From assembly GCA_003971905.1 (NCBI GenBank), contig RSEE01000067.1, positions 310,001-374,000 of the forward strand: DNA of 64,000 nucleotides, in the 5' to 3' direction. Below are positions 38,925-52,799 of the stretch, one piece after another. The DNA is from Moniliella sp. 'wahieum' (taxonomy: Eukaryota). Made by a program: the position numbers and the translations under genes. The notes beneath the pieces were generated by a model. That model was not told where the DNA came from. It did not search any database and saw nothing but the letters and a program-made list of their open reading frames with translations. Position 1 is the first letter of the stretch; each line of letters begins with the position of its first letter.

Positions 38925-40949
38925 TCAACAAGCCTTCGCTACGTAACTATGCCAACCAACAGAGACGAAACAAGCATACGTTTGCGGTTTGCCCGTTGCC
39001 ATCCCCGAGTGTACGGGAAGAAACCACCGAAAATAGGGGACAGTGAAACGGTAAGGCGAACAGATCTGGAGACAAACGGGGCCAAGCGGGGACGCGGTGG
39101 CGAGAACGTCCAACCCGCAACCGACCCACACGCGACAAGGGACGGTCCAGGTAGAAGATGACCGCACACGCCCCAAGGGGTGGGACAGGTAGAAGAGGTT
39201 TCAGAGGTTTCAACTGAGACTGAAGACTCTCCCTCCTTCCTTACACTCCTACTTTCGCCCTGAGACCAGACTGTAGAGTGGCGATGCTTACTCGGCATCG
39301 CGGAACGTGGCCGCTCGCAGCGACGAACGAAGATAGGAGCCGTTTCCGGCGGAGGGTGAAGGAGCGTGAGTACTTGGACGGCATAGCATCACCGCGGAGC
39401 GTAGGGTCCGTAGCTGCCTCGTTCACGCCCAAATAGCGTACTTCCAACAACCTTGTCTTGGCCGCTGCCGCTGCTGTTGTCTTGGGCGCTGTCGGTGTGC
39501 TTGTCGTTGTGCTTGTCCTTGTCGCTGCCGCAGGGGAGCCGGCAAGGCCGCAACAGTAAACTGGACTTGACCTTCAAAGTGCGTCGGGCCCGTCGCGGCC
39601 GTCGGGTCCATCTCATCTGTCGTAGCCAAACTCTGTGCGACATGGTCCCGGAACATAGTCACATCGTACGTCCGTGCGCGCTCGCTCACGCCCAGTTCCG
39701 CCCCCGCCGGCGCAGCAGGCTGCACATGTAACCCCGCCAACGCTTCGAGCAACGCGACCCGTATGCGTAGCTCTTGCTTTTCCCCGTCGTCGTCTTCGGC
39801 CCCGCGTGAGCGCGAGTGCGACTGCGAACGAGAAGTACTCTCGCGTCCCGTCCTTGCTTTCCTTTGCTGCGCTCGTATCCGTGTCTTTGGCGTCTTTGGC
39901 GTCTTTGTTGTTGTTGGCGTTCTTACCGCCCGGAGCAGAGAGCGACGCAGCAGGTGCCCGAGGCGACCTGGGAACCGCATACTCCGAACTGGGCGGACTG
40001 AGAACCGGTTCGTGTATGCCCAACTTATCCTGCGCGCCGCGTGGGCGGTTGGCGCGCACAGGACTTTGAGGTGCTGGACCAACACCATTGGGCCCGCGCA
40101 CGAGCGGGATCAAGCCCGGTACAGCCTTGTTGTGCGACACGAGAAGGTGCGCAGGATCGGTCTTGTCGGCATTCTGAGTGACCAGATACCAGATGGGTAG
40201 GTTAGCTTGCTAGTTCGTTCGTTTAGACGCGCGTGCTACCCCCCCTCCCCCCCACCTTTTGGCCTCTTGTATGCCAAATCAACAGGGAAGAGAAGAGGGA
40301 AGAGGGAAGAAAGAGGGAAGAGGGAAGAGAAGAGGGAAGAGGGAAGAAGGAAAAAGAGAAGACCGACCGCTACGCACCTTAAAATCCTCAACGCCTTTTT
40401 CTTATCAACTTGCCGCAGCGCATCAAAGTCAAAGTCGTCGGAAAAGCCGACGGGACGGGGATGGGGCGGCGGCACACCCGTGCTCACACCCGTACCCACA
40501 CCCGTACCCGTGCCTGTGCCTGTGGCCTTGCCTGTGGGCTGCTTGTGGGCGTGCCTGGCGGCAGCCTAGGACTGGCCGTGGAGACTTTCTTCCCGCGCGT
40601 CTTTTGCGATCGGGAATGGTCGCGCCAGCATTACGCCGGGCGAGGCAGTGGTGTGGTCAGGTGCCGAATGCGCTGGGGCAGGGGAGGAACCACCGGGCGG
40701 GGGCAGGTGTAGAGGACGTCTCTACCTGCACCTGAGCCTGTGGCTGTGGGTGTACCTGTGGCTGTGGCTCGGCCGGGCGTCACATAGGGTGAGAGAGGCA
40801 ATGTGGGTCTTGGGCCAGGTGAAGGTGTGCTGAGCAGTGGCGACGGTGAGGGTCTGCTGGACGGGGTCGACGTTGGCGATGGTGCCGCGGAGGGTGTGGC
40901 CGGTGTGCAGACGCACGTCGACAGTGCGGCCAGTGAAGGAGGAGGCCAT
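38925..40949 (-). CDS. EDC3: Enhancer of mRNA decapping Edc3 (LSm + FDF domains); 3' end uncertain
   Basis: N-terminal LSm-like MASSFTGRTVDVRLHTGHTLRGTIANVD; DDFDFD..L..DKKK followed after intron 40174-40377 by DKTDPAHLLVSHN. Confidence 0.8.
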
Positions 40950-41143
40950 GGGGGGGGAGGTGGGCGCGCAGAATCTTCTCACGCGTCTCTGCGTGGCCAA
41001 ACGAACGAACGATCGCATCCATCCCTCTCTCCATCCCAGCCCATCGAAGGCAGACGTCGCACGCCCAGTCGGGTGACGTCAGCGCACGTGACATGCACGT
41101 GATGCGTCTCCTATGTCGTTCCGCTACCAAGGTCCACAGCTAG

Positions 41144-43553
41144 CTAACCAACCCAACCCATAGTACAAGCCAAAATACATCCATCCACATCCACAGCCCC
41201 ACCGCACACCTCAGCCGTGCCTGCCTCCGAGCCGCGGCACACGATCCGGCACGATCCGGCACACGTAGCCCCAGTCGCGGCTCGCGCCTCGCGTTGGTCC
41301 GGTGCGGCAGCGGCGTCGACTCCACCGGCCCCTCCACCCGGGTACGCCCACCAGCACAGCATACTCTCTCTCGTCGCCCCGCTGCTGCTGCTGCTGCGTG
41401 GGGTGCGCTTGACGTCGTCCCAAGCGCGCCGATACGCGTCGCGTCGACCCAGGCTCCTCCCCCCACCCACATCGCCCACCTGGTCCACTTTTCTCTTCCT
41501 CTTCTTGCCCGCATCCGCCTGGGTTGCAACCTGGGTAGCAACCTGGGTCGGAACCTGGGTCGGGACTTGGGTCGGGACTTGCTCCTGTCCCTGCGGCTGC
41601 GCTCGCGTCTGCGCCTGCGGCTGCGCCTGCGGCGTGTCGGGCTCAGCGTCCGAGCCATAATCAATCACCGTACCTTCTACCGAAGGCGTGGTGCTCCCCT
41701 CAGCTGGGGCAGGCAGTTGCTTGGGTGTCGTGTCGCCCTCGTGTTCCTGTGGCGCAAAGCAACGTCCGGGTCGGCATCGAAGTAGGCCCCGAGCTAGGCC
41801 CCGAGGTAGGTAGTAAGTAGGTCCCGAGGTAGGCATTGAGGTATGCCCCGAGGTAGGTAGGGAAGTAGGTGCACGACGAACGTGGACCGAGAAACTATCG
41901 GAGTGTTCGTGCGGCTCGCTCGCGCGGGCACTAGTTGGTTCCAGCGCAAACCCAGCAGCTTCACGTTGACGGTACATGTCGAGCAAGGTGGTTTGAGCGA
42001 GTTGGTCCTGTGCCCGGGCCAGGTCACGCTCTTGTTTCTTGTTGCGCGTCGCCGTTCCAGTTGGCTCAAGCGCAATTGGTCGAGGCTAAGGAGGTGCGTA
42101 GGTCCTCCTCGTCTGGGATGGAGCTGAAGTAGCTGATCCTCCTTGCCCCCCCTGGCTTCCCGTTGGACCCTGGCCTTGGGTTTGGGTTTGGGTTTGGGCT
42201 TTGAGTTGGGCTTGGGCGGCGAACGTGACGGACTCCGTCTTGGCGCGTAACAAGGCGCGCTGTTCGTTCTCGGCTCGCTCGGCGCTCAACAGGGCCACTT
42301 GGGAAGCTTGGTGCTCCACTTCTTCCGTGGCTTGGAGGAGCGCTTTGGACGCCGGTGGTCCTGCCCGTTTCGCATCTACGTACCGCACCAGGGCAGGGAA
42401 GAGGTCGCCGACAAATGCGGGGAGGGCGGTGGAAGGGGACAGAAGAGCTAAGTCAGTTGCAGTTGCAGTTGCAGTTGCAGTTGCGGATCCAGGTGCGGGA
42501 GAACGCTTGATCTTGGTCTTGTCAGAAGCCAGTGCGGTAGGTTGGTGGGTCTGGACATGTTTGGCCAAGTGCATAGCGGTCGTGCGGAGCGCATTACGCA
42601 TTCCGTAGCAAATAACTTGACAGCCGTCAACTCGCGTACCAGAGCCGACCGATCAGCCTCCAAGCAGCAACTTGGTCCTCCGCTAGCGACCCAGACCGCG
42701 GCGCAGGTGAGCCAGGCAGACCAAATGCGCCGCCTACCACGCGCAGGTCGGCCGCACACCCTTTCGTCAAGAGGGCCTGGATCGTCACGTCGCTCAACTT
42801 GGTCTTTAGCAGTTCCGCACGCCGTTTCAGCCGCATGCTTGGCCTGCGACGCCGACACGCACACGCCAAGGTCCCGCTTGAGCTTGGTCAACTCGTCCGC
42901 CGTCGTCTTGTGCGCTACTTTTTCGCCTGTCCAGGAAGACGTCACGTTCCTACCCGTCCACACAGAGAGACATAGACAAATACACAACGATTCAGTCAGT
43001 CAAGCAGCCCCGGCAGCAGGGGTAGGAAATGAAACGGAGCCGGAGCCGGAGACGGAGCCGGAGACGGAGATGGAGGTGGAGATGGACGGGGGGGGGGGGG
43101 TACGTACTCGACCATAGCTTGTGCTGCAGCGGCTTGCTTTTGGGACCCCCATCAAGTCTTCTCCCTGGATCAAAAAAGCCTTTTGCTGGCGCGCCAAGGA
43201 CGCTTCCAGCACACGCACACGCGCTGCCAACGCCGTTTTCGCATCCAGGTCCCGCGTACTGTCCGCCAAGATGAGCGTGATGATATCGGCAAACTCCTTG
43301 ATGCGCGAGCGCGGCGACCGCTTGCGCGCGTGCGAAGTGCGCCCCGCACGCCCTGCATCCCCACCGTCGGGACCAGGTTGGGACCAGGGTTGGCACTGGG
43401 ATTGGGATTCGAATTGGGTTCGGAGGTGGCACGGGGTCGTCCGTGCGGGCGTCAGGGCCGGAGTGAGATCGCCAAAGTCGAGTGGGCGGGTGATGTACCC
43501 GCGTGCCTGAGGACAGCGTTGAGCTGCAGAAGGCCCGACTCGTCGGCGTCCAT
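41144..43553 (-). CDS. Coiled-coil protein, probable ADIP/SSX2IP/Msd1 (afadin- and alpha-actinin-binding) family
   Basis: LLQLNAVLRHAGYITRPLDF, IITLILADSTRDLDAKTALAARVRVLEASLAR, HKTTADELTKLK match the family pattern; intron about 42945-43105. Confidence 0.6.
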
Positions 43554-43905
43554 GGTGGTGGCAGTGGCCAGCAAGGAAGGACGGAGGGAGGCAGGTGGAG
43601 GTGGTAGATGCAGATGAACATGTGCGGCTGTGTTGCTTGCTGGGCATCGCTGGGGAGCGCGTCGCCTGTGTCCACGTGACCCCCATCCATGGGTACCCAA
43701 GTACAAGTGCAAGTACTTACGCGTGCAGCGGAAGACTGGTGGATTCCGCCCTGTTTTTTTTTCTGCCCTGGGCTGCGACAAGAGGTGTTGCGACCAGAGG
43801 TGTGCTAGGCAGCTGGTGAGGCTGGTTTGGTCTGGTCCTTGGCCTGGCCGCTGCGTCCCACCCACCGGCCTGCAAAGCGCCCACCGCCTACGTCCGCCCT
43901 TCGCC

Positions 43906-45184
43906 ATGGCCAAAACCACCTTCCGCGACCAGAGTCCTTCCCACGCCGCACCCCCGCATCCCAATCCGCATCTGCGCCTCCTGCGCCTCGCGCCCAATCC
44001 AACCCCAACGCGAAGTCGGATTCAGACTCGGACTCAGACTCGGACTCTGATGCCCCCGTAGAAGAGGCAACCAATACGGGCTCGCCTGGTGCCTCCCGTG
44101 CTGCTGCGGCTGTTCAGGCTCAAAAGGAGCGCAGGGCACGCGCTCAGCGTGCTCGTGCCCAGGCTAAAAAGGAGCGTGCTCAGGCTCAGGCTCGCCCTGC
44201 TCGTGCTCAGCCCAGCCTGCGCATGAGGTCAAGAGCAAGCAAGAGAGGAGGAAGATGAAGATGAAGATGAGGATGCGATCTGGATGAGTCGGAGGAAGAA
44301 GACGACGAGATGCGGATCTGGACGAGTCGGAGGAAGAAGACATGGGCAGCACCCGATTGGATCCCGATTGTTCAAGAAAGCATTTGCACGTCAAGCTGCG
44401 CTGTACGAAGCCGAGACAGGGTCCTCCTCCCTCCTGCCGTGCCTGCGACGGGGCCGGGACAGGGACCAAGCGCAAAGCCCCCGCCGAGACAGCCGATGAC
44501 AAAATGCTTCGACTGAAAGAAGCTGTGGCGGCGAAACAGCGTGGCGCGCGATGCCCTCGCGGTATCGTGCGGGGTACGACAACCAGCCCATGCGGCCTAG
44601 AAGATGGCAGGACGGTGGTCCGTTCGCTACGTCAAGGGGATACACTTGTGTCCCGGTCTGGACCGGAAGCTTGGCTGTGGACCAAGGTGCAGCGGACGAG
44701 CGGCAAGTAAGAAGAACGCGCGGTCGCGTGCGTTTGTCAAGGCGCACCTTGTAGAGCGAGGCGGGGTGATGCAGACGCCATCGGTAGCGGATCACCATGC
44801 AGCTACGTACGGCGCGAACAAGAAACGTAAAAAGTCCAAGAAGACCATTGACGATCCGTTGGGCCTCGAGGACCCGGAACTGATGCGTGGCGGAAGCCTC
44901 GCGTCCCGCGGCGGTCACAAGATGTTTGGTGCCATGCCGCGGGGCAAGGCGCCGGCGCCGGCCACAGTGCGCGGACGCGAAGGCGGAGGCAGGATATCGG
45001 GTACGTCGGCCGGGCTAGTGCGATGGATTGGATTGCTTGGTTGGTCGTGAACGAGGACTGACGGACTAACATGATTGATGATCTCCCTGCCCAGCTTCGG
45101 CGGCCGCTCTGCAGGCTGGATCAGGACGGTTCCGGCGCGGGTACTAGGACTAGGGCTACGTCGCCCTTGGTGGCTGCGGCGTGA
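43906..45184 (+). CDS. Hypothetical charged protein, possibly nucleolar (Bud21/Utp16-like)
   Basis: cgccATG start; SDSDSDAPVEE, basic coiled coil, acidic run, KKRKKSKK NLS-like motif, DDPLGLEDP; probable intron about 45002-45094; family assignment weak. Confidence 0.5.
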
Positions 45185-45540
45185 CGGGGGCAGCAATGGC
45201 ATGCGAGACGTGCAGTGGCCCTGAGTGTGAGCACACAGATTGGATAGAGTGGTTGCGCTGGCTAGTGGGTTACAGGTTAGATCTTAGATGGCCCGTCCGC
45301 TGGGTTGCGCATAGAGCAAGCAGCCTCTGAATCTGAGATCTGGCCCCCCAAAAATGTCCCCAGGCTAGCACATGAAGGGTGATGTGTGAGCAGTGGCGGG
45401 GCGGAATGCCCATTCCGCACATGGGCTGGATAGGCGAGCTGTTTTGACGAGGCAGGCCAGCACACGCCTGCCATCGCCCTCGCCCTCGCCCTCGCCATCG
45501 CCAGCGCCACCACCACCACCACCAGTGTCCACTGCCTCCC

Positions 45541-46759
45541 ATGTCGCTCTTTGGTGGATCCAGCACCTTTGGTGCGCGCCCCGCCTTTGGCACTACCCAG
45601 TCCGCCTCGTCTGTCCAGTTTGGCGCCGCGCGTCCCTCCATCGTAACCCCCGCCGTGCCTGCTGCCAACGAAGACATTGCGCTGGCCCAGCCCCCGCCCG
45701 ACAGCATCTCTGCCCTCTCCTTCTCCCCTGCCGCTGACTTCCTAGCCGTGACCAGCTGGACAACTCGGTGCGCATCTACGGCGTCGAGGCCAACGGCACC
45801 TCCTCGGGCAAGGCGTCGTACAACCACGAGGCACCTGTGCTCGATGTGATTTGGAGTCCAGACGGTACCAAGGTCCTCTCTGCTGGTGTGGACAAGGCGG
45901 CACGGCTGTTTGATGTCAACACGGGCCAGACGAGCCAGGTGGCGGCTCACAACGAAGCGGTCAAGTGTCTCCGCTGGATCGACATGAATGGCGGTATCCT
46001 CGCCACAGGCAGCTGGGACAAGACGGTCAAGTACTGGGATCTCCGCCAGGCTAACCCCATTGCCACAGCACAATTGTCAGAGCGATGCTATGCCATGGAC
46101 ACGTTCCAAAACTTCCTCGTATGCGGCACGGCCGAACGCAAGATTGAGATTTTTGATATGCAGCGCAACCCGGCAGCGGCGTTCATGGTACGTGTCTGTC
46201 TGGTCTTGCGCTTGTGTTTGCACTTGTGTTTGCGCTTGCGCTTGAAAAAGGGAGGGAACTGACCAGGAATGAACAGAGTCAAGAGAGCCCGCTCAAATGG
46301 CAGACACGCGCTCTGTCCTGCTTCAAGGGCGGGAATGTGCCTGGGTTTGGTGTGGGAAGTGTCGAAGGACGTGTTGCGATCCAGCATATTCGAGAGGAGA
46401 ACAAAGCCTCCAACTTTTCTTTCAAGTGTCACCGGAAAGAATCGCCGAACCGGAGCGAACCGTCACAGATCTTTGCGGTCAACGCATTGGCCTTCCACCC
46501 TACCGAAGGCACTTTTGTCACCGCCGGTTCGGACGGGACCATCTCGAGTTGGGACAAGGACAACAAGATCCGACTCAAGGCGTTCGACAATAAAGGCGGT
46601 CCCATCTCTGCCGCCACGTTCAACCGCACCGGCACCATCTTGGCGTACGCCGTCTCGTACGACTGGTCACGCGGATGGCAGGGCGCAGCCCAAGGGCCAA
46701 ATGCGGTGTACCTGCACGCAGTCAAGGACGAGGAGGTGAAGAAGCGGGCGAAGAAGTAG
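45541..46759 (+). CDS. RAE1: Poly(A)+ RNA export WD40 protein Rae1/Gle2
   Basis: QPPPDSISALSFSP, LATGSWDKTVKYWDLRQ, ERCYAMD, ESPLKWQTR, GSVEGRVAIQ, FSFKCHR, GTFVTAGSDG, AYAVSYDWSRG; intron about 46188-46277. Confidence 0.97.
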
Positions 46760-47099
46760 GCTGGGGCGGGCTGGATGCGCTGGCCGACACGCCCGGTTCG
46801 GCTGCCGCTTGTCGTCTGATGTGGTTCTGGAGGAATACAAATACATGTCGCTTGATGGTCCGACGGGTGAGGAGTAGTAAGATAGGCGGCGGACAGTGAA
46901 ATAATGAAGGCGGAAGAAGACGGAGGGGCAGTAGTAGTATAGCAGTAGACCAGCACGACGCGGCAGAAGGTACGCACCACCACCCACCACCACTTGGTAC
47001 TCACCGGTCACCACTTCTTTTTCGTTTCTTCTTCGTCTTGCTGGGTGTCGCCTGCGTCTGTAGGGTGTGGTGTGTTGGGCGCATGTACCGTCTGGGCCT

Positions 47100-50000
47100 A
47101 TGTACCGCCCGTCCTCGTCGACCTGTGTGCGCGGATGGGCTTGTGCTGCCCTACAGCCGCGCTCTCGCTCTCCCTTCGCATCGGCTGCCGCGCAGGCCGG
47201 CCCCTTTCGCCCCCCGGGCCGCGGACACGGCCACGGCCACGACGATCCGCCCCTTGCTCGTCTTGCGCGGGGGCGACGCGGCCATGACGATGTCCCGCGC
47301 GATGCGCAGAGCCAAAACGACAACCACGATCGTTCACCTCACAGCCACCTCCGCCGCTCCTCTTTTTCCCAGCCAAGGCCGATGCGCCCTCCCCCCTGCG
47401 TGTGTGCTTCCCCCCCCGTGCGAAAACAATTCGCCCTGCTGCGTGCTGTGCTGACAGATGTATGCTTCGATAGGACCTAATCGTCAACGATCTGCCGCAT
47501 CTTCCTCTTCCTCTTCCAACCCCAACGCCGCTTCGTCTCCTCCGCGCTTTGTCGATCTGTTCAGCCCCGTCCGGACCGACGAGCAAGTCACAACGCGCGA
47601 CTCGCATCAACTTCGAATGCAAGCCTTAGAGCACACTCGCACGTTCCAACACCTACAACGTACTCGTCCGCTCCGGGGCCCGAGCGCACTGGCACAAGCT
47701 ATCCCGCTCACGCCGCAGCTTCAGCAGGAGATCGATCAGTTCCATGATGAGGCATGTGCGACCCGAGCTGGCTCCATGCTCGTACCGCCAAACAAGTGAC
47801 CTCCTTTATTCCATGTCGGACCGCGCCTCTCGGCTGTACCAGCGGTTCTGCACACTTTCCAGCACGCCGACACGCCACATGGTCAGTCAGGGCGGTGGCG
47901 CCGTGCCCACTGTCGTGTACGACGATATGTTGAATGTGCTGAGCTTGACTTTGGCGGGAACTTCCCCCCATGCGATGTACCCCCGCATGTCCTCCTACCT
48001 AGGCAAGACGAAGACGCTGGCGTTCGACCTTTCTTTGTCCGTGCCTGGAGCGCGGCAGGTGAACAACAAGGCTATGGACCAGTCGAACTCTGTTCGTCGC
48101 CACCACGCGGTTCCGGACGGTATCATGAACCAATCGCAACAGTTCCTAGGGCGCTGGGTGCCTCCAGGTCACCCCCAAGGCATCCTGAACGTTTTGACCA
48201 TCTTTTACCATATGCTTCTACACCATGCCACGATGGAAACCAGTACACTGAGCTTATTTATCGAACTGTTCTCTCTGTATGCGCTGGTGGATTCAGGCGA
48301 GGAACAGTTGCTCGGCACGCTCCTGATCACCGGCAGTACCCCACCACCTTACCTTGCTTCGGACGGACTTGGCATGACTACATTTTCCCGCCCGCCTAGG
48401 CCGCGGGGCGTCCTAAAGCGTTCTCTCTTCTTTCGGCCGCGCCGCGCGTGCAAGGGACCAAGCACCAGTCGATCCGGCCACTTACAATACACTCTTCCAA
48501 GCGTGTCTGCTAGCTCACGAACCGGGCTTGGCTTTGGATGTGGTTCGTATGATGAACCCTTTTTCCTATGGAGGTACGGCAGACGTAGGTGCCGAGCTCG
48601 ACATGGCCAGCATCTTGTCCAGCTTCGCCACCGCCCCCGTCCATCTCAGCTGCGTTTCAGCCGATCGCAGCGTACTAAGCGTAATGAAACTGAGCACGGT
48701 CACCACACCGCTCCCCCTCGCCATGGCCACTTTACTCCTCTACCGTCCGCTGGACGATACGCGCGAAACGTTCGTGAACAACGAAGGTTCTCGTGGTTCC
48801 GTCGGCTACCGACCCAGCCTAAGCTGGACCCAGCGCACAGCGTGTTCCGTCGTCGAATGTTTAGGATTACCTTGGTTCGCACGCGGCGCTCCCGCCCGGC
48901 TGGACAGAAACTGACGTCTGGACGCGCCACCTTGAAACCTGTTTGCTCCAGGGGGATCTGCCTTCGGCAACTGAAGCCATGGCACATATCTTACGACGGA
49001 TCCAGTTCACACCAAAGACTTTCGCTGCTCCGACCCCGCCGTGCCCCCGCTTTCTTCCGACTTGGTCACGGGTGGAGGCGACCTCTCGTTCATGGCCCAC
49101 GACGTAATGGAAGACGAGTACGTGCCCCAAAGGTATCGTCTCGTCTCACCAACCAACCTCTTCCCTGCGCCGCCACGCTGATCAATGTGTATCTTCGTGT
49201 GCTGATGTTGAATGGGGACTGGAAGCGCGCGCTGGACGTGCTAGAGATGGCGTTGCAGTATGCGCGTCGGCCCGAGACGGACGTTGAGATCTCATCTGTG
49301 AAGCAGGTGGGGGTGGATGTGTGCGAAGTGGTGCGTACCTTTTTGGCGTTTTACCCGGAAAGGGGGGGACGACAAGGCAAGACAGTTGCAGCGCATTGTA
49401 CTTCTGCTCGCGACCGAGGCAGGATGGAAACTGCCAGCAGACGTGATTGCGAGCTTGTTCCAGCTGCATCTGCTGCCTCCGGCACCTGCCAGCGTCTCGG
49501 CCTCGGGCTTGGGCACCACACAAGAGCTCGAGTCCGCCCAGTCTAGGTCTCTCTAGAGTCGAGCACTTGTTGCAAGCCCTGACCACCATCCAGCATGAAC
49601 CCCTCACAAGCGCGACATTGTGCAGCGTGATTCAGGCATCTGCCCACGCGCCCGAGAGCGACCCGGTCCGTCAACCGCAGGCCGTGTTCCGAAGTGTCAT
49701 TGCTCACGCGAGTAGCCTTTCGGCTGCGGAGCAGAACGTGGTGTGGGCCCAACTTCCCCTCCTTGAGCCTATCTTGGCACAAACTTTGTCCCCCGACATG
49801 GCTGGACGAAGATGTTGGCGTCGTGGCAGGGCATCTTGACTGGGTTCCTGCACCTGAGTCGGCTGATGGGACACCCCGAGTCCAAGTTGGAACTAAGTCT
49901 CAAGACACTGTTCCTCTCGCTGTACAAGGTCATCCATCAGTTCACTTTTCGTCATGCTAACGACCTGTTCCGTGTCCCACTTGTCTTGCACCCTTTTGGC

Positions 50001-52014
50001 GATGGATCCTCTCGCCTCCTTTCCCTTCCGAATCGGATCAGAGATCCATCACGCGCACCTTGTTTGACCAGTACGTGGTGTACGAGACGAGGAAACTGTG
50101 TACGCCACAAGGCACACCTTCACCCTCCCCTCAATCCCTTGTTGCTCGATACCTCGGCGGTGGTACAAATGCTGCAACAAGACCCGATATCCCATTTGAC
50201 TCGACTTGCTTTACCGTCACCGTACGGGCTTCCCTGCCCTGCCGCTCTGTACTTTCTTCCCTCGCAAACCAACTAGCTTCGTCCCGTCGCACCTCGCAAC
50301 CTGCTGGCCGACTCCGCCTGCCCACTGCAGGACCGGCTACTAGCACTGGACGAAACCATTCGCCGAGGCTCAGTACCGGACTTTGAGCTGATCCTTGCGC
50401 TGCTAGACTGGTCCCCGCCTTGCCCCAAGCTGGGGCAGTACGAACGCGGTGGATCGCGTCCTGTACCAAGTCGGCCGTGGGTCCTTGCGCGAATCCCAGT
50501 CGCTGGGACCCAAGCTGCGCCAGCTTCACGCTCAGTCCGCTTCCTCCTCTGGAGAATACGTTGGTTGTGGCGTTCCTGCGTGTGCCGGGCCGACTTGGCT
50601 GTACTGCACTGGCAACGTCTTAGGCCCACCACGTTTCTCTCTCCGGTTCGACGTACCGGTTATTTTTGGCGACTGTACCGGCTGAGGTAGCCTGTTGCCT
50701 GTGGTGGAAGCGCTGGTGACCGAGTACGTGGCGACGTGCGCGTAGATGTGGACGTGGACGAGCGATTGGAGCTGTTCCTTTCGTGGTTTGGCACGGACGA
50801 GAAGACCTTGTCGGTGTTGCATCAACGCCACCACCTCTCCCCGGCGCGTGGCATGCAGCCATGCAAGCCGCCGTGCGGCGGACCGATCTGCTAGCCGGAC
50901 TGCGGATTTACGATTTGTGGCGCGGTACCTCGGCTTCGTCCACTTGTAGGACCGGTCGGGATATGCAGACTGCCGTCGTCGACCTCATCCTACCGCTTTG
51001 CCCGACATGGCTGTCGAAGCGATTCAAGCTGTGCTGGCAGACGTCTAAGGTGGACCAACCGTTCCCATTGGCCGTCCTGCAGTCTCTGTCTCTCCACTTA
51101 GTACCCCCCCCTGTGTGTCATTTGGTTTGGGCCTTTGTTGTTCGGTCGCAGCTGACCTAAACCTTACGCCTGTGTGCGGCAGATGGAGGACGGGACGATA
51201 TCCCGCATCAACGGGGGAAGACAAGGTGTACCACCACGATACAGTGCGGAACGTGGGTGTGGACAAGAACCAGTTGGATAAGGTTGTTGCACTGTACGAC
51301 CACCGCCGCGCCCAGGCCCACGGTGCAACGACCTGGACTGAGGTAGTGAGTTTGATGGCGGTGTACGTGCACCATGGACAGGTGGACCGCATCCCGCACG
51401 TTTTCCAGCAGGCCTTGCTCAGCCCCTCCCTCCCGCCCACTGATCCTTCTGTCGCAGCACAGATCATTCGCGTTCTCGGGTCCCTCCCGCGGGAGCCGAA
51501 CCAGGACCTATCCACCCCCTTCCTCCGCCGGATAAAGCGATGAGCGCAGCCGCCGCATCCGCGGCTCCTGGATCCGCCACTTCAGCGACCTCGTTGACTG
51601 GCTTGGAGCTGGCGCGGTCGTTGTTCAACTCGATGGCAACGAGTACCACGCCGCAGGAGGAGGAGAAGTATGGTGTTGGCCGATGCGATGATGGCGTATA
51701 CAAGTGGCAACTTACGTTCGTGCACCACCTTTAGCACTGCCGAGCCCTGTGGCGCGACGTCGATGTGGGGCACCACTACCAATCCGTGGGCTGGGACCGT
51801 GCGTACGCCCGAGGTGGTCAAGGCTATGGTGCAAGTCGAGCTGGCTCAGGGGGAGGTGCGGGAAGCGGTGAAGCTAGTGCGCCAACTGGCTGTGCAGGCG
51901 CACCAGTCTTTCGTGCCCCGTGCTCTGGATCGCGTTTCAGCCTATTGGTCCGCAATGCAGGTGGTCCAAGAGATGAACGAAGCTATTGTTGCCCCCCCAA
52001 GTACATGGACATGA
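47100..52014 (+). CDS. Large hypothetical protein, possibly a mitochondrial alpha-helical-repeat (PPR-like) protein
   Basis: R/S/A-rich N-terminus resembling a presequence; helical segments such as LINVYLRVLMLNGDWKRALDVLE, VSLMAVYVHHGQVDRIPHVFQQ, VKAMVQVELAQGEVREAVKLV; heavily frameshifted. Confidence 0.45.
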
Positions 52015-52799
52015 ACAAGGACGATGCGACCCTTTACCATCTTCCTGTGGTGAAGTTTGAAGCAGATGCGCCGGATCGACTACCGCAGTACGCCGGAATT
52101 GCTTCAGCAGCGCTTGTTTGCTCGTTTGTTCCCTTTCCCTCTTGAGCCTGCCCGGCCACCGACTGCGTCTGAGACTTAAGTGCCCCCCCACACCACGGAC
52201 ACTGGCACCGCAAATGCACCGCAAATGCACCGCTTCATGTAGTAGTCAATGTTGCGTCACCTAGATCCTGGATCATGACGTTCGATCATCTGCCGCAGAA
52301 CACCCTGTAGCCAACCCATCGATCGTGGGTGACCGGTAACCGGTACTGTGGGAACTGAGTAGAATGATCCGTTTTGCTTGTCTGCCAGCGTGCGAGGTCC
52401 CGTCACGCGTCCTCGACCATCCATCCACATGCACATGCAGAGACAAGCGGATGGACAGATCGAACTTGTTTAAAAGTGAGAAGTACCAGACCGCCCCCTG
52501 TGGTCCAAATTGACCGCCGTATTTCTCTCAAGCACTACCAAGCTAGACCAAGTGAGTGGAGAGGAGGAAGAACATCAGAGCAGCAACACAACTTCTAATA
52601 ATGGCGACCAATGACCGGTGATGCCGGTGATGCATGGCTCACGCGGTTCCAGTTGTTTGTCTGAGATCTGATCGATGAACGAGGGCACCAGGGGACAGTC
52701 CGCACCAGCCACTGTCGCACTTGGGCAGCGAGCGCACCAGGGGGCGGGCCTGCTCGGCGAAACACTAAGGGCAACCACAAGTGTCCTGGTGTCTCTGTG

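Noticed and set aside
45270..46073. Long antisense ORFs opposite real genes (this one, 37623-38540, 993-1766)
   Set aside because: Shadow ORFs caused by GC-rich codon usage on the coding strand
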